Below are positions 38,873 through 51,611 of a stretch of 64,000 nt of DNA, piece by piece (within the stretch, counting starts at the first letter, position 1; every line of letters starts with the position of its first letter). The notes under the pieces are model-generated. The model ran no database searches and was not told the origin of the DNA. It saw nothing but the letters and a program-made list of their open reading frames with translations. The stretch spans positions 6,579,448 to 6,643,447 of the forward strand of contig CAVNZM010000003.1 in assembly GCA_963693365.1 (NCBI GenBank), read 5' to 3'. Source of the stretch: Amoebidium appalachense. Its lineage: Eukaryota > Protista > Ichthyosporea. A program made the position numbers and the translations under genes.

Positions 38873-41832
38873 CCTCCCTCCAGGCCTTTCGGTGGCCTCC
38901 CCTTTCTCCTGTGCACAGGTTTTGCTTGCAAAAACGGAACCAAAATGAAAACACTGAGACTGGACTAATAGACCGCCAGAAAACTACCTGTGCCTTATTG
39001 TGTGTATAAGTTAAAGCCCCGCACGCTGGGGTAATGCCTGCTTTAGTGCGCTATCACTATATGCCTCAGTTAGTGGTTGTTTTTCTGTTTTGCCAGGATA
39101 TCACCAGGATCTGGTCCGCTGGGCGGGTCTAAAAATAGACCTGTGAGGTGATTGCGCAAACGGGGACTAGTCACAGCTGAGGCGCCACTGTGCGCCGAGG
39201 CAGTGTTTTCATACAACTACTCACTTTGTTCCTGTCTTTATTTTTCTGACGCATGAACTGTCTGTGCTGTCCAGATTTTTGGCCATGGAGTTCCCCCCCC
39301 CCCCCCCCCCCCCCTTTTACCTAGCTCCAAACACCCCCCCCCCCCCCCCCCTTGAAGTTCCCCCCCTCCAAAAAAAAAAAAACCGGCCCTCAGAGTCTTG
39401 GCATTTGGGTTGCAGAATACCCCCCTCCCCCTCCCCCCTCCCTCCCCTTCCCAACAACCCCCCCCCCCCCCCCCCCAAAAAAAAAAAAACACACACACAC
39501 ACACAACACATGTGCACACACCCCACGCCCTATTCGAATTACCAACCTCCTCCCCCCTCCCCCCCCCCCCCCCCCCCCAAAAAAAAAAAAGGGGGGGGGG
39601 CTCGTGGAAAGTAACTTGAGATGTGTCGTGCTTACCACTGTGATAAAACTATCTACAGAGTTCTGCACATACAGTCGTAAAAGAATGAACGACCTGTCGA
39701 AGCGCAGGCACATAGGGTGCTAGGTGAGCCAAGATCCAGATGTCCATACTCACAGAAACACAAGAATGTCTAAAAAACTAAAACACACTGAACCAAGAGC
39801 ACTCAAAGTAGGGCAGGGCAAGTATATTAGTATATTAGCATCCTACAGAATTCAGGATGCATGTGACTGTAAATCTGACAAGTGCTCGAATGAAAGTCGA
39901 CCAACTTTCTGGGTGGAATAGTAGCAGCAGGCGCACAACAATCCGAGAGTCTAAGACTGAGGTGTCGCACTGCATGCTGGCCAATCTGTCTATAGCTGTA
40001 GGATGTCCTTTGTGCCATCAAATGATATTGTTGTAGTGCGGCACAGCAAATAGCATCTTCATATTCCTGTACGCTGTTTCTCCAGATCCTGAACACTCAC
40101 GGCTCTACGCTTGTACATAGTTACTACTTGTGAATTTTTGCACGTCTTTATGCAAATTTGCATAAACCCAGGGAATTCATGCACATGCACACAAACCCCA
40201 TGCGCCTTTAAAAACACTGGCTGACAGAAAGAGGATCACAAAAGGAGAATTAGCAGATAGTACTTCTCAAAACACAATACGGCCAAATGGGAAGATGCAA
40301 AGCATATGCATACGGGAGGCTCCGTGTCACTTGCCGACTTGACAATAAAGTAAGTATGATGCGGCTGACGAGATCTCGAGAAAAACACCACTCTTTGGAA
40401 AGTAAATATGACACGACTCACTTTCGAGAAAGACAACTTTTTTTAAGAACAAAAGCCACAGGAAACATTTGCACCAACGCGCTGTCATAGGCTTACAGGT
40501 GCGTCCACCAAGGCAGGGGGAGGATTCCGAAGGGGTGGCAGGTGGGGGCTCATGTAGGCTAAGGTGTGTGTGTGGGGGGGGGGGAGGGAGAGGGGGGGGA
40601 GAGGGGAGGGAGGGGGAGCGGTTTGGCCATTGAAAGTTGCCCTGCAGCAAGGGTGGAAACACCTAGCTTCGGTTCTCAAGTTTGTGTTTGGTGGCCAGGC
40701 ATGCACGCCAGAGTTCCAGCCCGATGCCTTCTGTTACCTTTGTTCTCGTGCAGAACACACGCTCATTAGACATTAATTATATCAGGGAGCTCCAAATTCA
40801 TGCTTGCAACAAGGCCGTATCCTATTTTGTAGTCTGGTCAGCCCCAAGTCGCCTTCCCCTGCCAAATTTGAAGTGGTCACATTGTGGAGATGTTCGCCAT
40901 GCTCGAGTCACCAGTGTGGCACATTCCAGATATAAAAACAGGAGAAAAATCGTAGGCATGATATCAAACATCAGATAAAATATAACTACAAAGATTTCTT
41001 GTGTTTAGATGCTGAAGCATTTTTAATATTGTCTGTCGATTGGTCAACTACACGGCCACCAGCGGCTCCCCCTCGGGCGGTCAAGGGCCCCGAGGCATAT
41101 GTTGACGGTGCCTAAGTACATCATCAGATATTTGTTGCAAGGCTTCGAAGATAGCTTATTTTTCCTTTATTTTTTAAGGATACAAAAAGCAGCGGAAACT
41201 GTCGAGTAGATACATTCTCTGTATTTCCAAGTTCAGTTCAGTGAGACATGCATGTGCCGGCGGGGTGTTCTAACGATTTTAGTCTCAGCTCGTGAGCCAA
41301 TCAGAACAACAATGATCGTTGGTTGGCATTCCTGAGTTTAGGTTGGTGAGGATAAAAAATACTGCAACGTAAAACTTTGTTTATGTTTCAGTTTGGTTTT
41401 ATAATGTGAACAATTATTAATAACATTTTCCTATTGGCTTCCAAGATAATAATCATGCGTGGTGGTAGCCATCCCGTGTAATGAGGAATGCCATACACAG
41501 CACCCCACCTTTTCACGTTGCAGGCGTCACGGTCTGCCACTCAGTGGACCCAAACATTGCAGTCCACTTTGAAAATAGAAAAGCAGTTGCGTTTTCACGT
41601 ACGCGTGCAGCTATAGCTCTGTTTTATTTCACTTCAGCTTGTATATGCTATACTTTCCCCACGTAACACTGCTATCACCACCTTTTAATAACTTGTTCAT
41701 CGATGAACTAGCACCAAAAGCACCATCTCAGTTGCAGACCCCTTTTGCTTCCAGTAGTGAAAAAGGCTGAAGGGACTAGAACCGTTACCTCCGATAGCAC
41801 ATTTCCGCTGGCAGAGGCCACCAACCGCAAAA

Positions 41833-44800
41833 ATGGCTGTCCGGGTGCGTATTTCGTGTCTTTTTGTTCGAGAAACAAGTTCTTTTGTGTTCCCTTGAAC
41901 TTCCCTTCCTTTCACAAACACGTTTCACAAGCTCGTATGGAAGGCCCAACGGATTTCCCCAGGGGCCAGGGGAGACTCCGACGAGGAGAAGGGGGGGGGG
42001 GGGAGAGGGGGGGGGGGGGGGGGGGGGTCAGGAGGGTGAAAGGGGGGAGAGGGGGAGAGGGGCAAGGATTCTGGTGGGTGGAAGGGGTATCGGATGAGGG
42101 GTGGGGGGAAGGGGGTGGTCATGAAGTATGTGGATTGCTTGTGAGAAGGAGAGAAACTTGGTCCATAAGGAAAGTCGACAACCATTATAGAGGTGGAACT
42201 TTAACGTTGAGTGCGCGTTTCAAGAAGAAGGCGGAGACAAAACGGCACGAGTCTCAAAGGGCGGTGTGTGTGCTTGCGCTGGGGCTGTAGCAGGCTGACG
42301 TGCAAGAGTGCAATAGGACAGAGTTTTGTGCTGCATATCAGTGCTGCACAGCGACCTTGAGGGGAATGTTTTTTTTCCGCCCCCACACTGTGGTTGTTAA
42401 TGTTGGGTAGGGTAGGCGGGGGTTATGCCCAAGATGATGGATGCAAGACAGAACCATGTTTCACAGCGCCAACAAGGTGAAGCCAGACAGGTAAGCAACA
42501 GCAAAGGGGAATGAGTGGTGCATGCTGCCCTGGCCAGAGCGCTTATCATTAATGTGTTCTGATGGATATTATTGCTCACGTGAACAAGGAATCATTTGAA
42601 TGAATGATGGCTGCTGGGTAGAAATCAGTGTGTAAACTACAGAATATGGATGGAGCAGCAGTACGTAAGGAACTGGTGCACAAGTGCTTCGGAAGGAACT
42701 TTGCATTGCTACAAGCAGATGTTTTCTGACAAGTTTCAGTTGCACTACAAGAATGTCCGCAGCTGATGGCAGCAATAGCCAGCATTTGTGTGGGCCAGTA
42801 AACAGGTTCTTTGCCACCCAAGTATATCCCTGCACTCTGCTTGAATGAGTGGGATGTAAGGCTGAGGCAAACGAAATGATGCATGCGAAACGAGCAATCT
42901 GGCAGACTTTTTCTCAGGACATGTCTTTGCTCGCCCATCTGTCAACACAATATTTGGTCGTTTGTCTTTTCTTTTCTTTTCTTTCTTTCCTTTTTTTTCC
43001 CCCGGGCGGCATAGTTATTGTTGACGCTGTTACCTGACTCAAGATAATCTTGTAGCAGTAAGAGTGTATTATTGCATCAACTCAAGTTTCAAAGTCTACT
43101 TACCACAGAATCAACTTTGTACAAATTACTGATGTGCATGGCTATCAACTGCCAGTTAATTGCACAGCACGTGTGTCGTTCTTTGTTTAACCCTCTAGAT
43201 ATATATGAAACGAGAACGGAATATGAGAAACTTGTTTCATGTTTCAACCCCATAGGCAGCTGGAAGGCCCAACAGAGACCCCAAACCGCGCGACAAAAAC
43301 GTCAAATACGAACTGAGCAAGATGGAGGTGCGTGCATGCTACGTCGATGTTTGGGGGGGGAGGGGGGAAGAAATTGTGTATGTGTATGTGTGTGTGTGCG
43401 TGTGCGTGTGTGTGTGTTTTGGGGGTGGGGTGTGGGAGGGGGGGAGGGGGGGGGGGGGGGGCAGCGTGTGTCTTTGTGGGTGGGTGGGTTTGGGGGGTGG
43501 GGGGGGGCTGCTAGCTGTGGCGGATGGTGGAAAGGGCTGGGGAGTGGATGAGTGGGAGATGATCAGCCAGATGTGGTGCTTTCAGAGGGGAATTCATCAG
43601 AGTTGTTATCCTTACGACTTTCTATGCATGCGGTTAAAAGACACTATCCTTAGGTATCTTTCGTCGGTGTGGTTCTTCTTTAACACCCTTAAAGATGCCT
43701 GCTCCACACCCAACTTCGGCTCTTGGCCCAGCCCATTCTTTCCACCCACAATCCTCCTCGTTTTCCCTCACATTGCACTCTTATGAACTACACACAAAAA
43801 CATTCCGTTTCACAACTCAATATTAAAACCTGCCCTCTGTTTTTCAATTTCTGAGCCTTATTTTTCGAGTTTTTAACCCTGTTTCCAAGTATCTAGCCCA
43901 ATTTCCGAATGTTTCGCCCAATTTCCGAGTGTTTTGCCCTATTTTCCAAGTATATAATCCAATTTCCGAGTATTTTGCCCTATTTTCCGATTTCTTAACC
44001 CTATTTCCGCGTGCTTAACCCAATCCCTACAGGTGTACGGATTTGACCCCTCGATCAAGGAGACTGTGTTGGGCCTTTCGTGGGACTCTGGCTGCGATAT
44101 TGACGCCCACTGCTTCACTTTCAACCAATTCTACGAGCGCAGAGTATCAATCCCTCTCCCTTCCCCCCCCCTTCCCTTCCCCCCCTTACCCCCCTCAACC
44201 TCTGGTTATGTTTCGCATGGGAGGTGAATGAGTTGGATACTGTGGATGACATCCCCCCTCCCCCCCCCCCCCCTTCTCCTCCCCCTGCCTTGAGCATTGT
44301 GGCTGCATATGATGCATACTCGTTATGTGTGCCCTGTATTCCAATATCTGTGTTGGGTTTGTCAGTGTGTGTTGGCTTCTCGTACTCAGTAATGCATAAT
44401 AACTCACCCTGCCCTCCCCCCTCCCCCCTCCCCCTCCCCCGCTTCCCCCCCCTTACGCTTTGGTTCATCCATGCACCTTTTTGACACACACACACACGTA
44501 CACTCACTCACACACGCCCGCTCTCTTGTACACCAGAATGGGATGGGGACATTACGGGAAAGGTAAAAGAATCGAAAGTTATTCTCGCCGTGAAGGAACC
44601 CAAATCATAGTGATTTAAAGTTGTGTCTAGTGTTTTCTGCCTTCCACGGTTGTGTGGCCACTGATTCACCCGAGGGAGAGGGGGGAAGGGGGGGGGGGGG
44701 GGGAGGGGGGGGGGGGGGGTGGAGGGAGGAAGGTAAAATGGGGGGGGGGGGGTAGGGAAGGGGGGGTGTGGGGGGGGGGGGGGGGGGTGATTCCCCTTAT

Positions 44801-45370
44801 GTATAGCATCCACTAGCTTGCTCCCCTCCTACGTTTACGCAACAGCACAACCACAATCACACCCTTAAAGGTGGCCCATGCCTGTTTGGATGAATATTTT
44901 GTTGCACGGTTGCATTCAAATCAATCAGAAATCCCGCCTCATTTTCCCTTCTGTCGAAATGGTCACCAGAACTGACTCGCGAGAGTTTGTAGTTTCTTTT
45001 TTTGGGGTGGGGGGAGGGGGGGGGGGAGGGGGGGAGGGGGGAGGGGGGAGGGGGGAGGAGAAGGGGGGAGGGGGGGGGGGGGATTGAAAGCATGAGTTTG
45101 CACCAATCCGATGCTAATGCTATTATACCCCAGGGCCACGTGTACTACCACAGATTGGAAGAGAGCGGCCTCAAGCACTCCGGTGACAACCTCACCGGTA
45201 ACCCCCCCCCCCCCCCCCCCCCTCTCCCCTCCCTCCCTCTCCACCCTCCCCTCCGAAACCTCCTCCCCTCTCCACCACCACAACAACAACCATCACCACC
45301 AAAACTAATTTTCCACATCTCTTCCCTACCGTCGTCCTTGGAGGGTGAGGCTGGACACATGGTGCATACC

Positions 45371-45454
<84 letters not shown>

Positions 45455-46207
45455 TCTTTGCCTCTCTGTGTCAAGTGGTCTGCCGTGAACTTTCTTCTTG
45501 CATTTTAGGGTATCCCCCCCCCCCCCCCCCCCCCCCCCCCCCACCCCCCACCCCACCTTTTGTCCCCCCATATGTTCCTATGGATCCACGCACTATACAA
45601 ACGGCCAGAATGCATCGCACATGCACGCTCAAATTTGGCGTGTGAGGTGAACAGGTCACAACACGTATACAATGACCTCCCTTGGAAATGGGCTCTGCTT
45701 GTGTTTGCATGCTCTTGTGTGCTCGTGTCTGTTTGTCTCGTTTGTATTCTCTACACCAGCCACACATGGGTGCATCTGAGGAGTGCTCTTTAGGTAGGTT
45801 TTGCATGTGGGCATGTTGTGTGTGCATGTGCACATACCCCAAAATCACACACGTGCATAAAACGTGATTTAAACGTTACGTTAACGTGTTATGTTTAGTG
45901 TCGCCTTGGACCTCTCCCACCCAACCCTATCCCATCTCTTCCACCAATACCACCACAACCATCGTTACGATTGCCACCACAGTGCGATAAGCACAAGCAC
46001 ACAGACAGACAGACAGACGTACAGATTGCGGCACACAACACGCACACATACACACACACAGACACAGACACAGACACAAACACACACACATACACACACA
46101 CTACAAACATTAGAATCCCACCACAGCCAATTGAGCCCACCAACCACGCATCCATGTCCCTGTACCTTTGTTTTGTTATATGCTTTCTTTTCCCCCGCGA
46201 AACTTAC

Positions 46208-46280
<73 letters not shown>

Positions 46281-47234
46281 CTTAGACGAGCAGGATGTTA
46301 GCTAAAGAGCCTTTTCACAGGATGGATTTGTGGGAGAGTGTAACCCAGGTGGAGTGGGGGAGAGGGGGGGGGGGGGGGGGGGGGGATAGTCGAGTCTTAA
46401 CAGCTTAAAGGAGACATTCTTTTGAAGAACCTCACCTCGAACCCTCTCCAACACTATTTATAACCACCATTAGGTGAGGGGGGAGGCGATGACGAGCAGA
46501 TCACCATGAACTTCGAGAAGCTTCCCAAGGACGTGGAGCACCTGATGTTCTGCATTAAGGTCTACAGTCGCGCACACAGCTTTAAGGACGTTAAGGGTGC
46601 CCGTGCACGCATGTTTGTGATGGACAGTGGGAAGGAGAAGGATTTGTGCAGCTACAACATCACCGGTGTGTGCACATCCCTCCCCCCCCCCCCCCCCCCC
46701 CACACACACACCCCTTTCCCCCCCCCCCCCCCCCCCCCCCCGCCCCTGTCTCTCTCTCTCCCTCTCCCCTCTCTCTCTCTCTCTCTCTCCCCCCCCCCCC
46801 CCTTCTTGCCCTGCCCCCCGCCCTCTCACCCTCCCCTGGTTGTTATCAGATTTGTATTATGCTCTGTTTTTAAACTGTCCTGCATTCCGTTGGCTGCATT
46901 TTACCCCCCCTCCCCCTCCCCCCGCCCCCCCCCTCCCTCACACACACTCTCTCTCTTTCTCTCTCGTTCCCTCCCTGTCTCTCCCTCCCTCTCTCTCTCG
47001 CTCTCTCTCGCTCTCTTGCTCTCTCTTCTCCCTCCCCTCTGTCTCCTGGCCCCCGCCCATCTGCTTTCCAAGTCCGTTTTTTTGCGATAAGTGTGATGTT
47101 GCCCATGTTGAATCTGTAATTCATACAGTGAACCACATCCTTACCACCCTCCCTCTTCTCACAATCCACACTCATGATGTGTAATCTCTTGAATAATGAG
47201 TACTTTATTTTCCATAACGCCACCCCTCCCCCCC

Positions 47235-47288
<54 letters not shown>

Positions 47289-49719
47289 CAAAAAAAAAAA
47301 AAAAAAAAAACCACCCACCCAGCAACCCACCGACCCGTCCTCGGCCTTCTCCTGTTGTTCCCTACCCCACAAACGACACAAACCATACGTTACGTTTTAG
47401 ATTTTAACGCTTTTATTTTTTTTGCAGAGGCTGGGGGCACGCAGATGCTTGTTATGTGTCTTGTGAGCCGCAGTGCGTTTGGCTGGAAGATGACGGCCAT
47501 GGGCATGTGCTGCCCTGACTTCACGGCCCCAAACTGCGACTACAAGAGCATCCTGAACGATGTCTTTGACAAGGGTAGGTGCTGAACGATGTCTTTGACA
47601 AGGGTAGGTGCGTGTGTGCGTGTGTTTGTGGGTGTGGGTGAGGTGGGGGGAGGTGGGGGGGGGAGAAGGGACAAGGGATTGGGGAGGGGGAGGGGGAAAG
47701 TGGTTTGTTGGGGGGGGGGAGTGGTAGTGGGTGGGTGGGTGGATGGTGTGGGTGTGTTGGCGGGAGGGGAGGGGTGGAGATGGGGGAGAAAGGGTTGGGT
47801 GGTTGAGGGGAAGTGGGTGGGGGGAGGTGGGAGGGGGGGGGGGGGGGGGGGGGGGGGGTATGAGGGGGGAGGGAAACACAAGAGCAATCTGCAACGACCT
47901 ATTCGACAACGGTGCGTGTTAATGGGTGGGGGGGGGGGGGGGGGGGGGGGATGGGTGCCTATTAATATTTGAGGGGGGAGGGGGAGGGGCTGGGGCTGGG
48001 GCTGGGGTGGTGGGGGTGGAACAGGTTGGGTATCGTGGTGGTGGTGTATGTGGAGAGGGGGGGGTACGTGGGGGAATGGGGGACTACAATAGCATTCTTT
48101 TCGGTGTTTTAGAGGAGGGCATGTGTGAATGTGCTGGTGTGTTGTTGGGGGGAGGGGGGGGGAGGGGGGGGGCGGAGCAGGGTAGAATTTCAGGTCTGAC
48201 TGCAAGTGCAAGCAGGGACATACAACGTGGGAACCACTACCTCCATTACTGACGATGCCACCTATGAACACGTGCTTGAGGGGCAAACCACACGCCCATC
48301 TGCATGCACACACACTTGTGCACATGCGCACGCATCCACACAACACAAACATACCCGCTCACATGAACACAATCCACACACACACACGTACACACACACA
48401 CACACATACCCATACACACACACACACACACGTACACACACACACACATACCCATACACAAGTACACACACACGTACACACACACACACATACCCATACA
48501 CAAGTACACACACACGTACACACGTACACACACACACACACACACACACGTACACACATACACACACACACACACGTACACACACACGTACACACGTACA
48601 CACACACACACACACATACCCATACACAAGTACACACACACGTGTACACACACACACATACCCATACACAAGTACACACACACGTACACATGCAAACACG
48701 TACACACACACGTACACACACACGCACACACACACACACGTACACACACACGTACACACGTACACACACACACACACACGTACACAGCCATGGGCCGTGT
48801 GTTGCAGTACAAGATTATGGTCGTGAAGGGACGTGACCTGGCAGCTAAGGACAAGGGAGGCACCAGCGACCCATATGTGAAGGTGTGTGTGTGTGTGTGT
48901 TTGTGTGTTTGTGTGGGTGTATGTCTGTGTGAATGTGTGTGGATGTGTATAAGTGTGTGTGGATGTGTATGTCTATGTCTGTGTGTGTGTGTATGTCTAC
49001 GTGTGCCCGTGTATACTGAGGAAAGGGAATGGGGAGGGTGGTTTGAAAAGGTGAATCAAAAAGAATGGAAACGGTGAGCCTTTATACGATTGTGCGCTAG
49101 TTGTGGCAAATAAACACCCCCGGCCGGATGGGGGGTTTGAAAGGGGGGACCGGGGCACCCCGGGGGGGGGGGGGGGGGGGGGGGGGGGAGGTTTGCTATT
49201 TGGGCATGTTCTGATGATTTTTCGCTGTTTACACAAGTCTCAAGCCACTGATTGTGGGTCAAAAAAAAACATAACAGTGGATATTTCGTTTTGTGGTAGC
49301 CCCGGGTGGGAAGGGGGGAGGGGAGGGAGGAAGGGGAGGGGGGGGGGGGGGGGGGAGGGGGGGGGAGGCGGGTTAGACAGTTTGATCTAGCAAAGTTGGA
49401 CACATGTACCCGGTTTCTTCAGACTCCTATCTAAGCAGCATGCATCGAAACTAAATAGACCAATGGCGTATTTAGTTGTAAGGAGTTAAAATTTTTAAGT
49501 TTTAAAGTTTTTTTTTCCCTACAGGTCCGCCTGCCACATGCGCCCGATGCGATTGTGAAAACAAAAACGGTGAAGCGCTCACTGAACCCTGTGTGGGACA
49601 CAGAAATGGACTTCACAGGTACATGCACCTGCACACATTCACACATCCACGCGCACACACACACGGGCGCATGCGCGCAGGTGTGCCCCTGGCCCCCTAC
49701 CCCCCCCTCACCCCCCCAA

Positions 49720-49774
<55 letters not shown>

Positions 49775-49933
49775 GTCCATACACACCCCAACACACACAT
49801 GCGCGCATGTGCACATTATTTTCACATACACACATGTTTAAAGCAGATGCACTAGGAGGCACACACACAGGTGCATGCACACGGACACACACGAACACAT
49901 AAGAGGAGAAGGGGGGCCATGTTTTCACGCACG

Positions 49934-49987
<54 letters not shown>

Positions 49988-51567
49988 ATCAACGCAACAA
50001 CATGAACACCAACACACACACACACACTACGAACAGATGCCAGCACGTGTGCATTCACCCCATTCACACTCAAACTCCCCCCCCCCCCCCCCCCCCCCCC
50101 TCCCCCCCCCCCCCCCCCCCCCCCCCCCGCCCTCCCCTTCCCTCCCTTCCTTCCTTCCCCTCTTTTTTTTTTTTAATCCCGTAAATCACAGTGTTGATAG
50201 CCTCTGGACCTCATAACCCACTTTAGTATACGTGTTTGCACGTGGCACCTTTTTTGGTATCTACCTACCACCAATCTACCCAACCATTGGTTCTTTAGCT
50301 GAGCATGTGCTTCCCTTATTTGACCATACACCTGCCTTATATGGCCATACACCTGCCTATTATGGCTATTTACCTGCCTAATATGACCATATGCCTGCCT
50401 AATATGGTCATTTACCCACCTCGTCTGAAAGCAACGCGATTTTAGCCGTACGGCACGTTCTCTGGTATCAAAAAGGGGTGTACTTCCCATGCACATTGTG
50501 GACTAATGTTCCGTAATTACACTATATGTAAGTTTGAAAAACATTATATTTATATATGCTTAGTATTTGTGACACTTTTGTTTTTTGGTTTTCCTAATAG
50601 AAATATAGATTTTTTCTACTTTGAAAAACACACCTATAAGGATTTATACACAGATTGTAGAAATTGTTTTTCACCAGTTTTGATAGAACTCAACAAAAGT
50701 AAACTGTCAGAATGACTTGTTTTATATTAAGTGTGAAGTATTTTTTACGGGACCTTTTTATTGGTTCTGAAAGAGACAAAAAGTGTAAACAAGTAAAGTT
50801 ACCTTTTAATTCGCCTTTCAGAAACATAGGCAAAAAAGAATCTTCGCCGTTGGTAAGTGATTGGTCACTAGAGAGCATTGTGAGTGTGTGGCCAATCAGC
50901 CGATTCTCATACTTCTTGATTGAAAAGTGCATCAGTCAGCAACGCGGCGCCGTGACCTGCAAAAACCTAACAACTCCATATACTTGTATCGTAATATATT
51001 CTCATAATGTAATGTTATATTAATAGCTTGTTAGTGAGTCAGCAACGCGGCGCCGTGACCTGCAAAAACCTAACAACTCCATATACTTGTATCGTAATAT
51101 ATTCTCATAATGTAATGTTATATTAATAGCTTGTTAGTGTTTCCCTTCGTATGTATATAGCTAAGCTTTAAACTGCCTTGTTTTTTGACCGCCCGACAGA
51201 CTGACAATGCTCATGACTCTTCATCATTGATCAAAAAGACTCAGGCGATTGGTTTATAATCAGGACATTTTATGCCTCATTTTCTATGAAATAACAGCTT
51301 CAACCGGCTCATCCCGGGATTTGCCGGTGCGGCTAATACGGCTTAGCTTTTAGACAAGGTGTACCTGCCTTCTATCGCCATTCACCTGCCTAATATGGTC
51401 ATACACCTGCCTAATATGGCTATCTACCTGCCTAATATGGCCATGTACCTTCCTAATATGGCTATTCACCTGTTTAATATGGTGCTGCAGTCAAGAGCGA
51501 TGCCAACCTGCTGCCCATTGAGTTTGAGGTCTATGACTGGGACATGGTCGGCAAACACGACAAGCAC

Positions 51568-51611
<44 letters not shown>

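Noticed and set aside
39640-43170. Non-repetitive blocks (39640-41300, 42560-43170) that might be decayed transposases or genes
   Set aside because: All frames are interrupted and I recognised no motif, TIR or TSD; cannot be supported without a database search.
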